Assembly: GCF_001194135.2 (NCBI RefSeq)
Contig: NC_068986.1
Span: 55,751,118 to 55,815,117 of the forward strand
Direction of reading: 5' to 3'
DNA length: 64,000 bases
Source of the DNA: Octopus bimaculoides
Lineage: Eukaryota
Below the pieces are notes generated by a model. It had not been told where the DNA came from, did no database searches, and saw only the letters and a list, made by a program, of their open reading frames with translations. Positions 61,951 through 64,000 of this stretch are shown here, piece after piece (within the stretch, counting starts at the first letter, position 1; the number at the start of each line of letters is the position of its first letter). Made by a program: the position numbers and the translations under genes.

Positions 61951-63174
61951 ACTTGCAAGTAGGGCTTCACTTAATACGTCACCTGTTTAACACTAATACC
62001 TGGCCTTTGGGTATATTTAGCAGAATCCACTCTACTGAAAGAATTTGGGTCAGGTCATCAGTTTCAGAACACGCTCCTTTCGCATGCCAACCATCGTCAG
62101 AGGCTCTATGAAGTATCATGAGCACTGCTTTTCCTCATGAGCGAGAGTTAAAAACCCCTATAAAACTCAGACATGACATCCATTCAAAAAAAAAAAGTAG
62201 CTAAGATAGTGTTAGCAACTTTTAATACTGGGAAAATTAAAAACCAGAACTGATTTAGTGGTGAGAAAAAGACAATATCAGTGAAAGACTAATGCTAATT
62301 AATTAGGGCAGTGAATTGATAGGATCATTTGAGCCTCAGACGAAAGTTATTGAAGTATTTGTTCCAGCTTGATTGAAGGTCATTGTCAAACTATTGTAAA
62401 ATATGCTCTTTACATTCTGAGTGATCAATCATGTGTGGTGTTATCTACATCTAGCTGACAAGCTAATGTCATGCAAATAAATAATAAAATAAATAAACAC
62501 ACATCAAGGAAAAGTAATAAGAAACTGTCTTCATATTCTCCCACAAAAATTTCCTGACAAGCACATAGAGCTTGTCAAGGATGTTGCCTGGGGTCGTTTG
62601 TAGATCTTGATGGTACAGGGAAAAAAATTATTTTAAAAATTTCAGGTTACCTGGATAATAATTTCTAGTAAACATTTAAAAAAAATATTCTCTGTATTGA
62701 GAATGTTAACACACCTAATTTGTGTTGAGCCTCTGACTAATATACTATAGACCTTACTATTTCTAATCACTCACTTACTAGATGGCATTGCTCTACATTT
62801 ACTATAAGGTAGGCAGTTAATTGATTAAACATCCCACTATATTACTGGCAGATGTTTTATAGAAAAGAGAAGTCAACTCAGAGAAACATTTACAGAGTAC
62901 AAAAAACTCAATAGTGTAAGACATTAAGTGAGTGCTGCATAGTGTTTTGTCAAATTTTGTATTATGATATTTTAATTAATGATTTCTCACACTGATATAT
63001 GTTAGTAAATAACGTCAGCACTATAGAACTGATGAGCTAAAAATATCGACATTACTTCAATTTCTGCAGCAGATATTCAAGAAGAAAGTTTTTAGAGCAT
63101 TAAAGCATGGAATATTTAAAGCAACTCTGTAGTAGACCTCTTTGAAACCTTTTCTTGCAAAAAGTTCATAATAT

Positions 63175-63570
63175 AGGTGTAGGCATGGCTGCGTGATAAG
63201 AAGCTTGCTACCCAACCACATAATTCAAGGTTTAGTCCCACTGTATGGCCCCCTGGGCAAGTGTGTTCTACTTTAGCCTCAGATTGACAAAAGCCTTGTA
63301 AATGGATTTGATAGCTGGAAACTGAAAGAAGCCTATTGTATATTTACATACATATGTGTCTTTGTGTCTGTATTCCCCACCACCTCACTTGACAACTGTT
63401 GTTGATCTGTTTACATCCCTAAAACTTAGCAGCTTGTCAAAAGAGATTGATAGAATAAGTACCTGGCTTAAACAAAAAAGCACTGGGGTCAATTCATTCA
63501 ACTAAAAATTCAAGGTGGTGCCCCAGCATGGCCACAGTCAAACAGCTGAAAGAAGTAAAAGATAAAAGAT
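63175..63570 (+). mobile_element. SINE family A
   Basis: Head ggtgtaggcatggctgcgtgataagaagcttgc.. through tail ..gaaagaagtaaaagataaaagata. Confidence 0.9.
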
Positions 63571-64000
63571 ATATGCCATCAAAGACAGGACCTACAATTG
63601 ACCAAGATCCTGTTCTCAAGGATACTTACCTCCCACATTAAATTCAAATTACGATGAACGTAAACAAACAAATGAAGTTTGCTCTTAGAAGCGTTGAGAT
63701 GTCTTAGAAAGTTAAAGTAATTTTAAATTCTCGAACGTCAGCTGGCCGCCAACACTTTTTTCTGCAAATAGGGATAGCTTATCCTGTTCAGGCTATATTA
63801 TTAGCATTATCCTGCGTTTGAGAATTTAAAATCACTTCTTTACCTCCCCCAGTTTTGATAGTATAGAAACAGCAGTGGCTTCATACAGCCCACTGAACTG
63901 GGTAAAGAATAGGCCTCATTTACAATCTATTATCTGTATATTAGTGAAGGATACATTGAATAATGTAGTTAGGAAAAGACAGAAAAAGATGGTCACATTT

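Noticed and set aside
62089-62106. Minus-strand CTGACGA...GAAA
   Set aside because: No stem II or valid NUH cleavage triplet.

Overview
AT-rich, microsatellite-dense animal genomic DNA from a short-read-type assembly with 11 N-gaps, nearly all flanked by simple repeats. The repeat families suggest an octopus (coleoid cephalopod); this is inference, not a database match. No host protein-coding gene can be called with confidence, only two weak exon candidates. Most ORFs in the track are translations of microsatellites or N-runs. The window is mostly decayed transposons: an RTE LINE with a 12-bp TSD and inverted 5' segment, several Penelope-like elements (PLEs; RT and GIY-YIG fragments), R4/Dong-type and HERO-type restriction-like-endonuclease LINE relics, CR1 relics, two abundant tRNA-derived SINE families, a Tc1 relic, a TIR-bounded DD41D (rosa/Visitor-type) element, mariner relics and a MITE, and a hAT-like fragment. 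The most interesting signal is not in the ORF track: six or more minimal type-I hammerhead-ribozyme motifs, two of them just downstream of PLE coding remnants. They carry four different palindromic stem-III sequences and non-canonical cores (A3-U8 covariant, A3, U4C). All ribozyme calls come from manual pairing and are untested.
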